Source: Mobula hypostoma (taxonomy: Eukaryota). From it: 64,000 nt of DNA. This document shows positions 33,837 through 46,700 of this stretch, one piece after another (position 1 is the first letter of the stretch; the number at the start of each line of letters is the position of its first letter). The notes beneath the pieces are model-generated. The model was not told where the DNA came from and made no database searches. It saw only the letters and a list, made by a program, of their open reading frames with translations. Made by a program: the position numbers and the translations under genes. The DNA is taken from NCBI RefSeq assembly GCF_963921235.1, contig NC_086097.1, forward strand, positions 105,526,001 through 105,590,000. The letters run 5' to 3'.

Positions 33837-36625
33837 TGACCACCATAGTGTGAACAGATTCCCATTCTCTAATCACCGTAGAATGAACAGTTTCCCATTC
33901 TGTAATCACCATAGCTGTTCTCACCATTGAGTGAACAGTTTCCCATTCTGTAATCATGGCAGAGTGAACAGTTTCCCATTCTGTAAACACCATAGGGTGA
34001 ATAGTTTCCCATTCTGTAATCAAGCTAGGTTGGAGAGTCTCCCATTCTGTTATCACCAAAGGTTGCATGGTTTCTCTTTCTCTAATCACCAGAGGGTGCG
34101 TATTTCAGAATTCTATAATCATCATAGGGTGAACAGTTTCCCATTCTGTAATCACAATAGGGTGAACAGTTACCCATTTTGTAATCCCCAAAGGGCGTAT
34201 AGTTCCCACTCTGTAATCACCATAGGAGTGAGCAGTTTCCAATTCTGTCATCACCACAGAGTGAATAGTTTCCCATTTTGTAATCACCATAGACTTAACA
34301 GTTTCACATTCTGCAAACACCATAGTGTAAACTGGCTCGCATTCTATAATCAACATAGAGTGAACAGTTTCCCATTCTGTCATCACCACAGGATGAACAG
34401 TTTCCCATTCTGTAATCAACATAGGATGTATAGTTTCCCATTCTGCAGTCACTATCGGGTGTATAGTTTCCCATTATGTGAATCACCATAGAGTGAACAG
34501 TTTCAAATTCTGTAATTGACATAGGTTGTATAGTTTCCCATTCATTAATCACCAGAGGGTGTATATCTTCCCATTCTGTAATGGCCATAGCTGTATAGTT
34601 TCCCATTCTGTAATCACCGCAGAGTGAACAGCTTCCCATACAGTAATCACAGTAGAGTGAACGGTTTCCCATTCTGTAATCAGCTTAGAGTGAACAGCTT
34701 CCCATACAGTAATCACAGTAGTGTGAACGGTTTCCCATTCTGTAATCAGCTTAGAGTGAACAGCTTCCCATACAGTAATCACAGCAGAGTGAACAGTTTC
34801 CCATACAGTAATCACAGCAGAGTGAACAGCTTCCCATACAGTAATCACAGTAGAGTGAACAGTTTCCCATACAGTAATCACAGCAGAGTGAACAGCTTCC
34901 CATACAGTAATCACAGTAGAGTGAACAGCTTCCCATACAGTAATCACAGCAGAGTGAACAGCTTCCCATACAGTAATCACAGTAGAGTGAACAGTTTCCC
35001 ATACAGTAATCACAGCAGAGTGAACAGCTTCCCATACAGTAATCACAGCAGAGTGAACAGCTTCCCATACAGTAATCACAGCAGAGTGAACAGCTTCCCA
35101 TACAGTAATCACAGTAGAGTGAACAGTTTCCCATACAGTAATCACAGCAGAGTGAACAGCTTCCCATACAGTAATCACAGTAGAGTGAACAGCTTCCCAT
35201 ACAGTAATCACCGCAGAGTGAACAGCTTCCCATACAGTAATCACAGTAGTGTGAACGGTTTCCCATTCTGTAATCAGCTTAGAGTGAACAGCTTCCCATA
35301 CAGTAATCACAGCAGAGTGAACAGCTTCCCATACAGTAATCACAGTAGAGTGAACAGTTTCCCATACAGTAATCACAGCAGAGTGAACAGCTTCCCATAC
35401 AGTAATCACAGTAGAGTGAACAGTTTCCCATACAGTAATCACAGCAGAGTGAACAGCTTCCCATACAGTAATCACAGCAGAGTGAACAGCTTCCCATACA
35501 GTAATCACAGTAGAGTGAACAGTTTCCCATACAGTAATCACAGCAGAGTGAACAGCTTCCCATACAGTAATCACAGTAGAGTGAACAGTTTCCCATACAG
35601 TAATCACAGCAGAGTGAACAGCTTCCCATACAGTAATCACAGTAGAGTGAACAGCTTCCCATACAGTAATCACAGCAGAGTGAACAGCTTCCCATACAGT
35701 AATCACAGTAGAGTGAACAGTTTCCCATACAGTAATCACAGCAGAGTGAACAGCTTCCCATACAGTAATCACAGCAGAGTGAACAGCTTCCCATACAGTA
35801 ATCACAGCAGAGTGAACAGCTTCCCATACAGTAATCACAGTAGAGTGAACAGTTTCCCATACAGTAATCACAGCAGAGTGAACAGCTTCCCATACAGTAA
35901 TCACAGTAGAGTGAACAGCTTCCCATACAGTAATCACCGCAGAGTGAACAGCTTCCCATACAGTAATCACAGTAGTGTGAACGGTTTCCCATTCTGTAAT
36001 CAGCTTAGAGTGAACAGCTTCCCATACAGTAATCACAGCAGAGTGAACAGCTTCCCATACAGTAATCACAGTAGAGTGAACAGTTTCCCATACAGTAATC
36101 ACAGCAGAGTGAACAGCTTCCCATACAGTAATCACAGCAGAGTGAACAGCTTCCCATACAGTAATCACAGCAGAGTGAACAGTTTCCCATACAGTAATCA
36201 CAGTAGAGTGAACAGCTTCCCATACAGTAATCACAGTAGAGTGAACAGCTTCCCATACAGTAATCACAGTAGAGTGAACAGCTTCCCATACAGTAATCAC
36301 AGTAGAGTGAATACTTCCCCATTCTGTAATCACAATTGTGGGTACAGTTTCTCATTCTGTAATCACCATATTGTGAATAGTTTACAATTCTATAATCACC
36401 ATAATGTGAACAGCATCCTATTCTGTAATCAGCATTGTGTGAACAATTTCCCGTTGTGTAATCACCATAGTGTGAACAGATTGCCATTGTTTAATCACCA
36501 TAGTCTTAACAATTTCCCATTCTGTTCTCAGCATGGAAAGAACAGATTCCCATTCTGTAATCACCATAGGGTGAATTGTTTCCCATTCAGTGGTTACCAT
36601 AAAGTGAACAGTTTCCTATTCTGTA
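33837..36625. repeat. 33-bp minisatellite with homogenised core (~34615-36310) and degenerate flanks
   Basis: Core AATCACAGYAGAGTGAACAGYTTCCCATACAGT, about 50 units. Produces 11-aa periodic ORFs on both strands. Confidence 0.98.
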
Positions 36626-39600
36626 GGATCAGTGTAAGGGCTGGGTCAGTGTGAGGGCTCTGTCAGTGTGAGGGCTGGATGAGTATAAAGTCTGGGTCAG
36701 TGTAAGGGCTGGGTGAGTATAAGTTCTGGGTCAGTGTACGGGCTGGGTGAGTATAAGTTCTGGGTCAGTGTAAGTGCTTTGTCAGTGTAAGGGCTGGATG
36801 AGAGTAAAGGCTGGGTCAGTGTACGGGCTGGGTGAGTATAAGTTCTGGGTCAGTGTAAGGGCTGGGTGAGTATAAGTTCTGGGTCAGTGTAAGTGCTTTG
36901 TCAGTGTAAGGGCTGGATGAGAGTAAAGGCTGGGTCAGTGTAAGGGCTGGGTGAGTATAAGTTCTGGGTCAGTGTACGGGCTGGGTGAGTATAAGTTCTG
37001 GGTCAGTGTAAGTGCTTTGTCAGTGTACGGGCTGGATGAGTATAAAGTCTGGGTCAGTGTAAGTGCTTTGTCAGTGTAAGGGCTGGATGAGAGTAAAGGC
37101 TGGGTCAGTGTAAGGGCTGGGTGAGTATAAAGTCTGGGTCAGTGTAAGTGCTTTGTCAGTGTGAGGGCTGGATGAGAGTAAAGGCTGGGTCAGTGTAAGG
37201 GCTGGGTGAGTATAAGTTCTGGGTCAGTGTAAGAACTGGGTCAGTGTAAGGACTGGCTCATACACGCAATGGGTCGGCATAAGGATGTGTCGGTGAAATG
37301 AATAGGTCAGTGTAATGAATGTTTCAGTGTAAGGACTGGGTTAGTGTAAGGGCTCAGTCAGTGTACGAACTGGTCTGCGTAAGGAATGGGTCAGTGTAAG
37401 GACTGGCTCACTACACGCAATGGATCAGTGTAAGTATGTGTCGGTGAAATGAATAGGTCAGTATAATGAATGGGTCAGTGTAAGGATGGGTCAGTGTTTG
37501 CACCTGTTATTGTAAGGACTAGCTCCGTGTATGGGTTGTGCCAGTGGGTAAGGACTGGGTCCGTGTGTTGATTGTGCCTGTGTAAGGAAGAGGTCAGTGT
37601 GTGGGCCGGGTCAGTATCAGGCAGTGTCAGTGCAAGGGCTGGGTCAGTGCAAGGGCTGGGACTGTGCAAGGGCTGGGACTGTGCAAGGGCTGGGACTGTG
37701 TAAGGGCTGGGTCATTGCAAGTCTGGGTGAGTTCTCAGCCTGGGACAGTTTAGGGGTTGGGTCAGTGTAAGGGCTTGATCAGTATAAGGGCTGGGCCAGT
37801 GTAAGGCCTGGGACCACGTAAGGTCCGGGTCAGTGTAAGGGCTGGAAAAATATATGGACTAGGTTAGTTTATGGACTGGATCAGTGTAAGGGCTGGGTCT
37901 GCGTAAGGACCTGGGCAGTGTGAGGGCTGGGTCAGTATGAGGGCTAGGCTAGTGTAAGGGCTGGGTCAGTGTAAGGGCTCTGTCAGTGTAAGGAATTGGT
38001 CAGTGTAAGAGCTGGATCAGTATAAGGGCTGTTTCTGTGTAAGGGCTGGGTCAGTGGAAGACCTGGGTCAGTTTAAAAACTGGGTCAGTGTAAGGGCTGG
38101 ATGAGTGTAAGGGCTGGGTCAGTGTAACGGATGGTTCAGTGTAAGGTCCTGTGCAGTGTCATGGCTGGATAATTGTATGGGCTAGGTCAGTGTAAGGGCG
38201 CTGTCAGTGTAAGGGATTGGTCAGTGTAAGAGCTGGATCAGTATAAGGTCTGGGTCAGTTTAAGAGCTGGGTCAGTGTAAGGACGGGGTCAGTGTAAGGG
38301 CTGGGTCAGTGTAAGGACGGGGTCAGTGTAAGGACTGGCTCAGGGTAAGAACTGGGCCAGGGTAAGGGTTGGGTCAGTGTAAGTTCAGGTCAGTCTAAGG
38401 TCTGGATAAGGGTAAGGACTGTCCTAGTGTAAGGACTGGATCACTGTACCGAATAGGTCGGTGTAAGGATGTGTCAGTGTAACTAATGGGTCCGTGTAAG
38501 GACGGGTCAGTGTTTGCACCTGGTTATTGTAGGGACTGGCTCCGTGTATGGTTTGTGCCAATGTAAGGACTGGGTCCATGTGTCTGTTGTGCCTGTGTAA
38601 GGACCGGGTCAGTGTGTGGGCTGGGTCAATGTAAGGGCTGAGTCAGTGTAAGGGCTGGATTAGTGTATGGGCTGGGCCAGTGTCAGGACTCGGTCAGTGT
38701 ATGAGCTGGGACAGTGTAAGGGCCGGGTCAGTGTAAGGACCGGCTCACTGTAAGGGCTAGGTCAGTGTAACGGATGGTTCAGTGTAAGGACATGGGCAGT
38801 GTCAGAGCTGGATAATTGTAAAGGCTCTGTCAGTGTAAGGGCTCTGTCAGTGTAAGGGCTCTGTCAGTGTAAGGGATTAGTCAGTGTAAGGACTGGGTCT
38901 GTGTAAGGACTAGGTCTGTGTAAGGGCTGGGTCAGTGTAAGGACGGGGTCAGTGTAAGGTCTGCGTCAGTGTAAGGGCTGGGTCAGTTTAAAAGCTGAGT
39001 CAGTGTAAGGACGGGGTCAGTGTAAGGACTGGTTCAGTGTAAGGACTGGGTCAGGGTAGGACTGCATCACTGTACGGAATGTGTCGTTGTAAGGATGTGT
39101 CAGTGAAATGAATAGGTCACTGTAATGAATGGGTCAGTGTTTGCACCTGGTTATTGTAAGGATTGGCTCCGTGTATGGTTTGTGCCATCGTAAGGGCTGG
39201 GTCAGTTTAAGGGCTGGGTCAGTGTAAGGTCTGGGTCAGTGTAAGGGCTGCAAAAAATGTATGGACTGCAGCAGTTTAAGGACTGGGTCTGTGTAAGGAC
39301 CTGGGCAGTATGAAGGCTGGGTCAGTGTGAGGGCTGGGTGATTTTAAGGGCTGGGTCAGTGTAAGGGCCGGGTCAATGTACCAGCCCGGTCATTGTTAGG
39401 GCCGGGTCAGTGTAAGAGCTGGGTCAGTGTAAGGGATGGAAAAATGTATGGACTGGGTCAGTTTAAGGACTGGCTCTGTATAAGGGCTGGATCTGTGTTA
39501 GGACCTGGGCAGTGTGAAGGCTGGGTCAGTGCTAGGGCTGGGTGATTTTAAGGGCTGAGTCAGTGTAAGGGCTGGGATAGTGTAAGGGCAGGGACAGTGT

Positions 39601-40444
39601 AAGTGCTGTGTCTGTGTAAGGGCTTGGTCAATGTGAGGGCTGGGTCAGTGTAAGGACTGGCTGAGTGTCAGGACAGGGTCAGAGTACGGACTGGGTCAGT
39701 GTAAGTTCAGGTCTGTCTAAATTCTGGTTAAGTGTAAGGACTGGCTGACTGTAAGGACTGGATCACTATATCGAATGGGTTGGTGTAAGGATGGGTCGGT
39801 GTAAGGATGTGTAAGTATAATGAATGGGTCAGTGTAATCAATGGGTCCGTGTAAGGACAGGACAGTGTTTGGACCTGGTTATTGTAAGGACTTACTCGGT
39901 GTATGGTTTGTGCCATTGTAAGGACTGGGTCAGTGTAAGGTCAGGCCTGACTAAGTTCTGGGTAAGTGTAAGGCCTGGCTGACTGTAAGGACTCAATCAC
40001 TATACCGAATGGGTCGATGTAAGGATGTGTCAGTATAATGAATGGGTCAGTGTAAGGACGGGTCAGTGTTTGCACCTGGTTATTGTAAGGACTGGCTCCG
40101 TATATGGTTTCTGCCACCGTAAGGGCCGGGTCATTGTAAGGGCCAGATCAGTGTATGGTTTGTGCCAGTGTAAGGACTGCATATGTGTGTCAATTGTTCC
40201 TGTGTAAGGACCGGGTCAGTGTAAGGTCTGCAGCTGTGTAAGGGCCTGGTCTGCGTGTGGGCAAGGTCAGCATAAGGGCTGGGTCCGTGTAAGAGCTGGA
40301 TCAGTGTAAGGGCTGGGTCTGTGTAAGGGCTGGGTAAGTGGAGGGGCAGGATCAGTGTAAGGACTGGGTCAGTGTAATGGTAGGTCCGTGTAAGGACTGG
40401 ATCATTGTAAAGGTAGGTCAGTGTAAGGGCTGGATCATTGTAAG
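36626..40444. repeat. 17-bp G-rich satellite (GGGTCAGTGTAAGGGCT)n, segment 1
   Basis: 17-bp period read directly; 119-bp (7-mer) higher-order repeats at ~36690-37230. Confidence 0.97.
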
Positions 40445-43400
40445 AACATAGAACATAGAATAGTACAGCACAGTACAGGCCCTTCAGCCCACAATGTTGT
40501 GCTGACCCTCAAACCCTGCCTCCCATATAAGCCCCCACCTTAGATTCCTCCATATACCTGTCTAGTAGTCTCTTAAACTTTACTAGTGTATCTGCCTCTA
40601 CCACTGACTCAGGCAGTGCATTCCACGCACCAACCACTCTCTGAGTAAAAAACCTTCCTCTAATATCCCCCTTGAACTTCCCACAAAGCCATGTCCTCTT
40701 GTATTCAGCAGTGGTGCCCTGGGGAAGAGGCGCTGGCTATCCACTCTATCTATTCCTCTTATTACCTTGTACACCTCTATCATGTCTCCTCTCATCCTCC
40801 TTCTCTCCAAAGAGTAAAGCCCTAGCTCCCTTAATCTCTGATCATAATGCATACTTTCTAAACCAGGCAGCTTCCTGGTAAATCTCTTCTGTACCCTTTC
40901 CAATGCTTCCACATCCTTCCTATAGTGAGGTGACCAGAACTGAACACAGTACTCCAAGTGTGGCCTAACCAGAGTTTTATAGAGCTGCATCATTACATCG
41001 CGACTCTTAAATTCTATCCCTCGACTTATGAAAGCTAACACCTCATAAGCTTTCTTAACTACCCTATCCACCTGTGAGGCAACTTTCAGGGATCTGTGGA
41101 CATGTACCCCGAGATCCCTCTGCTCCTCCACACTACCAAGTATCCTGCCATTTACTTTGTACTCTGCCTTGGAGTTTGTCCTTCCAAAGTGTACCACCTC
41201 ACACTTCTCCGGGTTGAACTCCATCTGCCACTTCTGAGCCCACTTCTGCATCCTATCAGTGTCTCTCTGCAATCTTTAACAATCCTCTACACTATCCACA
41301 ACACCACCAACCTTTGTGTTGTCTGCAAACTTGCCAACCCACCCTTCTAACCCCACATCCAGGTCATTAATAAAAATCACGAAAAGTAGAGGTCCCAGAA
41401 CAGATCCTTGTGGGACACCACTAGTCACAATCCTCCAATCTGAATGTACTCCCTCCACCACCACCCTCTGCCTGCTGCAGGCAAGCCAATTCTGAATCTG
41501 CCTGGCCAAACTTCCCTGGATCGCATGCCTTCTAACTTTCTGAATAAGCCTACTGTGTGGAACCTTGTCAAATGCCTTACTAAAATCCATATAGATCACA
41601 TCCACTGCACTACCCACATCTATATGCCTGGTCACCTCCTCAAAGAACTCTATCAGGCTTGTTAGACACGATCTGCCCTTCACAAAGCCATGCTGACTGT
41701 CCCTGATCAGACCATGATTCTCTAAACCTATAGATCCTATCTCTAAGAATCTTTTCCAACAGCTTTCCCACCACAGACGTAAGGCTCACTGGTCTATAAT
41801 TATCCGGACTATCCCTACTACCTTTTTTGAACAAGGGAACAACATTCGCCTCCCTCCAATCCTCCGGTACCATTCCCGTGGACAACGAGGACATAAACAT
41901 CCTAGCCAGAGGCTCAGCAATCTCTTCTCTTGCCTTGTGGAGCAGCCTGGGGAATATTCCGTCAGGCCCCGGGGACTTATCTGTCCTAATGTATTTTAAT
42001 AACGCCAACACCTCCTCTCCCTTAATATCAACATGCTCCAGAACATCAACCTCACTCATATTGTCCTCACCATCATCAAGTTCCCTCTCATTGGTGAATA
42101 CCGAAGAGAAGTATTCATTGAGGACCTCGCTCACTTGCACAGCCTCCAGGCACATCTTCCCACCTTTATCTCTAATCGGTCCTACCTTCACTCCTGTCAT
42201 CCTTTTCTTCCTCACATAATTGAAGAATGCCTTGGGGTTTTCCTTTGCCCTACTCGCCAAGGCCTTCTCATGCCCCCTTCTTGCTCTTCTCAGCCCCTTC
42301 TTAAGCTCCTTTCTTGCTTCTCTATATTCCTCAATAGACCCATCTGATCCTTGCCTCCTAAACCTCATGTATGCTGCCTTCTTCCACCTGACCAGATCTT
42401 CCACCTCACTTGTCACCCATGGTTCCTTCACCCTACCATTCTTTATCTTCCTCACCGGGACAAATTTATCCCCAACATCCTGCAAGAGATCTCTAAACAT
42501 CGACCACATGTCCATAGTACATTTCCCTGCAAAAACATCATCCCAATTCACACCCGCAAGTTCTAGCCTTATAGCCTCATAATTTACCTTTCCCCAATTA
42601 AAAATTTTCCTGTCCTCTTTGATTCTATCCTTTTCCATGATAATTATAAAGGCCAGGGAGCGGTGGTCACTGTCCCCCAGATGCTCACCCACTGAGAGAT
42701 CTGTGACCTGACCCGGTTCATTACCTAGTACTAGATCTAGTATGGCATTCCCCCTGGTCGGCCTGTCCACATACTGTGACAGGAATCCCTCCTGGACACA
42801 CTTAACAAACTCTGCCCCATCTAAACCCTTGGAACTAATCAGGTGCCAATCAATATTAGGGAAGTTAAAGTCACCCATGATAATAACCCTGTTATTTTTG
42901 CACCTTTCCAAAATCTGCCTCCCAATCTGCTCCTCTGTATCTCTGCTGCTACCAGGGGACCTATAGAATACCCCCAGTAGAGTAACTGCTCCCTTCCTGT
43001 TCCTGACTTCCACCCATATTGACTCAAAAGAGGATCCTGCTACATTACCCACCCTTTCTGTAGATGTAATAGTATCCCTGACCAGTAATGTCTCCTCCCC
43101 TTTTTCCACCCTCTCTATCCCTTTTAAAGCACTGAAATCCAGGAATATTGAGAATCCATTCCTGCCCTGGTGCCAGCCAAGTCTCTGTAATGGCCACTAC
43201 ATCATAATTCCATGTATGTATCCAAGCTCTCAGTTCATCACCTTTGTTCCTGATGCTTCTTGCATTGAGGTACACACATTTCAGCCCTTCTACCTTACTG
43301 TCTTTACACCGTTTATTCTGCTTCTCTTTCCTCAAAGCCTCTCTGTATGTTAGATCTGGCTTTACTCCATGCACTTCTTTCACTGCTCTATCTCTCCAGG

Positions 43401-43742
43401 TCCCATCCCCCTCGCAAATTAGTTTAAACCCTCCTGAACCATGCTAGCAAACCTACCAACAAGGATATTGCTCCCCCTCAAGTTCAGGTGGAACCCATCC
43501 AATCTGTACAGGTCCCACCTTCCCCAGAAGAGATCCCAATGATCTAAAAATCTAAAACCCTGCTCCCTGCACCAACTCCTCAGCCACGCATTCAACTGCC
43601 ATCTCCTCCAATTCTTACCATCACTGTCACGTAGCACTGGCAGCAATCCTGAGAACGCCACCCTTGAGGTCCTGTTCTTCAGCCTTCTGCCTAATTCCCG
43701 AAACTCACACTTCAGGACCTCATCCCTCTTCCTGCCTATGTC
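40445..43742 (-). mobile_element. CR1 LINE copy D (family A), 5'-truncated within ORF1, flanked by GTAAG
   Basis: (CATAGAA)n tail, full ORF2 span, ORF1 C-terminus (WLRSWCREQGFRFLDHW...DGFHLN). GTAAG at 40440-40444 and 43743-43747. An empty-site equivalent GGATCATTGTAAGTGTTGGGTCAG occurs at ~45331. Confidence 0.95.
40509..43383 (-). pseudogene. CR1-D ORF2 (APE endonuclease + RT), frameshifts and a stop
   Basis: Four consecutive ORF pieces (43045-43383, 41640-43109, 41276-41683, 40598-41272) carry [55 protein letters not shown]. Confidence 0.95.
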
Positions 43743-46700
43743 GTAAGTGTTGGGTCAGTGTAAGGGCTCGATCAGTATAAGGGCTCAATCAGTGTTAGGG
43801 CTGGATGAGTGTTAGGGCTGTGTCAGTGTAAGGGCTGGGTCAGTGTAAGGACGGGATCAGTTCTCGGCCTGGGACGGTGTAAGGGTTCGATCAGTACAAG
43901 GGCTGGATCAGTGTAACGGCTGGGCTAGTGTAAGGGCAGGGACAGTGTAAGTGCTGGTTGAGTGTAAGGGCTGGGTTAGTGTAACAGATGGTTCAGTGTA
44001 AGGACCTGGGCAGTGTCAGGGCTGGATAATTGTATGGGCTAGGTCCATGTAAGGGCTGGGTCAGTGTAAGGGCTCAGTCAATTTGTGGGATGGATCAGTG
44101 TAATGACTGGGTCAATGTAAGGACCGGGTCAGTGTAAGGGCTCGGTCAGTGCAAGGACTGGATCAGTTTAGAGTCCGGGTCAGTGTAGGGACTGGGTCAG
44201 TGTAACGACTGGATCAGCGTAAGGGTTTGGTCAGTGTAAGGGCTCGGTCAGTGCAAGGACTGGATCAGTATAACGACTGGATCAGCGTATAGGCTGGGTC
44301 ATTGTAAGGGCTGGGTTAGTGTTAGGGCTGGATGAGTGTTTGGGCTGTGTCAGTGTAAGGACGGGATCAGTTCTCTGCCTGGGACAGTCTAAGGGTTCGG
44401 TCAGTGTAAGGGCTGGGTAGTGTAAGGACAGGGACAGTGTAAGTGCTGGTTGAGTGTAAGGGCTCGGTTAGTGTAACAGATAGTTCAATGTAAGGACCTG
44501 GGTAGTTTCAGGGCTGGATAATTGTATGGGCTGGGTCAGTTTATGGGATAGATCAGCGTAAGGACTGGGTCAATGTAAGGGCCGGAACAGTGTATAGGCT
44601 GGGTCATTGTAACCGTGTCAGTGTAAGAGCTGGGTGAGTGTAAGGGCTGGAAAAATGTATGGAGTGGGTCAGTTTAAGGACTGGCTCTGTGTAAGGGCTG
44701 GGTCTGTGTAAGGACCTGGGCAGTGTGAAGGCTGGGTCAGTGTTAGGGCTGGGTGATTTTAAGGGCTGGGATAATGTAAGGGCAGGGACAGTATAAGTGC
44801 TGGGTATATGTAAGGGCTTGGACAGTGTAAGGGCTGGGTTAGTGTAAGGACTGACTCAGTGTAAGAACTGGGTCAGTGTAAGAGCTGGGTCATTGTAAGG
44901 AAAGTTCAGTGTAAGGACTGGCTGAGTGTAAGGACTGGATCACTATACCAAATGGGTTGGTGTAATCAATGGGTCCGTGTAAGGATGTGTCAGTGTTTGC
45001 ACCTGATTATTGTAAGGACTGGCTCCGTGTATGGTTTGTGCCATCGTAAGGACTGGGTCAGTGTAAGGGCCAGGTCAGTGTAAGGGTTAGGCTGGGTCAG
45101 TGTAAAAGCTGGATCAATGTAAGGGCCGGATCAGTGTATGGTTTGTGCCTGTGTAAGGACTGGGTATGTGTGTCGATTGTTCCTGTGTAAGGACCGGGTC
45201 AGTGTAAGGTCTGGATCAGTGTAAGGGCTGGGTAAGAGGAGGGGCAGGATCAGTGTTAGGGCTGGATCAGTTTAAAGACTAGATCAGTGTAAGGACTGGG
45301 TCAGTGTAATGGTAGGTCCGTGTAAGGGCTGGATCATTGTAAGTGTTGGGTCAGGGTCAGGGCTGGATCATTGTAATGGTTGGGTCAGTGTAATGGTTGG
45401 GTCAGTGTAAGCACCAGGTCTGTGTAAGGGCTGGATCAGTGTAAGGGCTCGAACAGTGTTAGGGCTGAATGAGTGTTAGGGCTGAATCAGTGTTCAGGCT
45501 GTGTCAGTGTATGGGCTGGGTCAGTGTAAGGACGGGATCAGTTCTCGGCCTGGGACAGTGTAAGGGTTCGGTCAGTGTAAGGGTTGGTTCAGTGTAAGGC
45601 CTGGGTCAGTATAAAGTCTAGATCAGTGTCAGTGTCAGAACTAGATCACTGTCAGGGCTGGGTCAGTGTAAGGACTGGGTCAACGTGCAGGCTGGATCAG
45701 TGTAAGGGCTGGATGAGTGTAGTGCCAGGGTCAGTGTAAGTGCTGGATGAGAGTAAGGGCTGGGTCAGTGTAAAGAGTGGATGAGTGGAAGGGCTGTGTC
45801 AGTGTAAGGACCTGAACAGTGTAAGCGCTAGATGATTGTAAGTGCATGGTCAATGGAAGGACTGGATCAGTGTAAGGACTGGATCAGCGTAAGGGATGGG
45901 TCAGTGTAAGAGCTGGGTCAGTATAAGGGCTGGATGAGTGTAATAGCTGGGTCAGTGGAAGGACTGGGTCAGTGTATGGGCTGGGTCAGTGTAAGGTGTG
46001 GTTCAGTGTAAGGGCTGAATGAGTGTAAGAACTGGGTCAACGAAAGAACCTGGGCAGTGTAAGGGCAGTGTCTGTGTAAGGGCTGGGTCAGTGTGTGGGC
46101 TGGGTCAGTGTAAGGGCTTGGTCTTTTTCAGGACCTGTTCAGTGTAAGGGCTGGATCAGTGTATGGGCTTGGTCAGTGTAACTGCTGGGTCAGTGTAAGG
46201 ACTGGAACAGTGTATAGTCTGATTCAGTGTTATGGCTGGGTCAGTGTTACGGCTGGGTCTGTGTCAGGGCTGACTTCAGTGTAAGAACTGGGTCAGTGTA
46301 AGGGCTGCATGATTGTAAGGGCTAGGTCAGGCTTAGGACTGGGTCAGTGTAAGGGCTGGATCAGTATATGGGGTGGGTCATTGTATGGGCTTGGTCAGTG
46401 TAAGAGCTGGGTCAATGTAAGGGCCTGCCCTATGTAAGGGCTGGAACAGTGTATGTCTGATTCAGTGTAAGGGCTGGGTCAGTGTATGGGCTTGGTCAGT
46501 GTAACTGCTGGGTCAGTGTAAGGACTGGAACAGTGTATAGTCTGACTCAGTTTAAGGGCTGGGTTAGTGTTACGGCTGGGTCTGTATAAGGGCTGGGTGT
46601 ATGCAAGGACTGGGTCAGTGTAAGGGCTAACTTCAGTGTAAGAACTGGGTCAGTGTAAGGGCTGCATCATTGTAAGAGCTAGGTCAGGGTTAGGACTGGG

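Noticed and set aside
32251..36625. CRISPR array (33-bp partly palindromic repeat)
   Set aside because: Units are head-to-tail with no unique spacers, there are no cas genes, and the context is eukaryotic retroelements.
34549..36654. 594-aa and 676-aa 11-residue repeat ORFs and Cys-rich (CCDYCMGSCSL)n ORFs as keratin-associated or metallothionein-like proteins
   Set aside because: These are translations of a 33-bp minisatellite open in several frames on both strands. Flanking units contain stops and the array is interrupted by a LINE.
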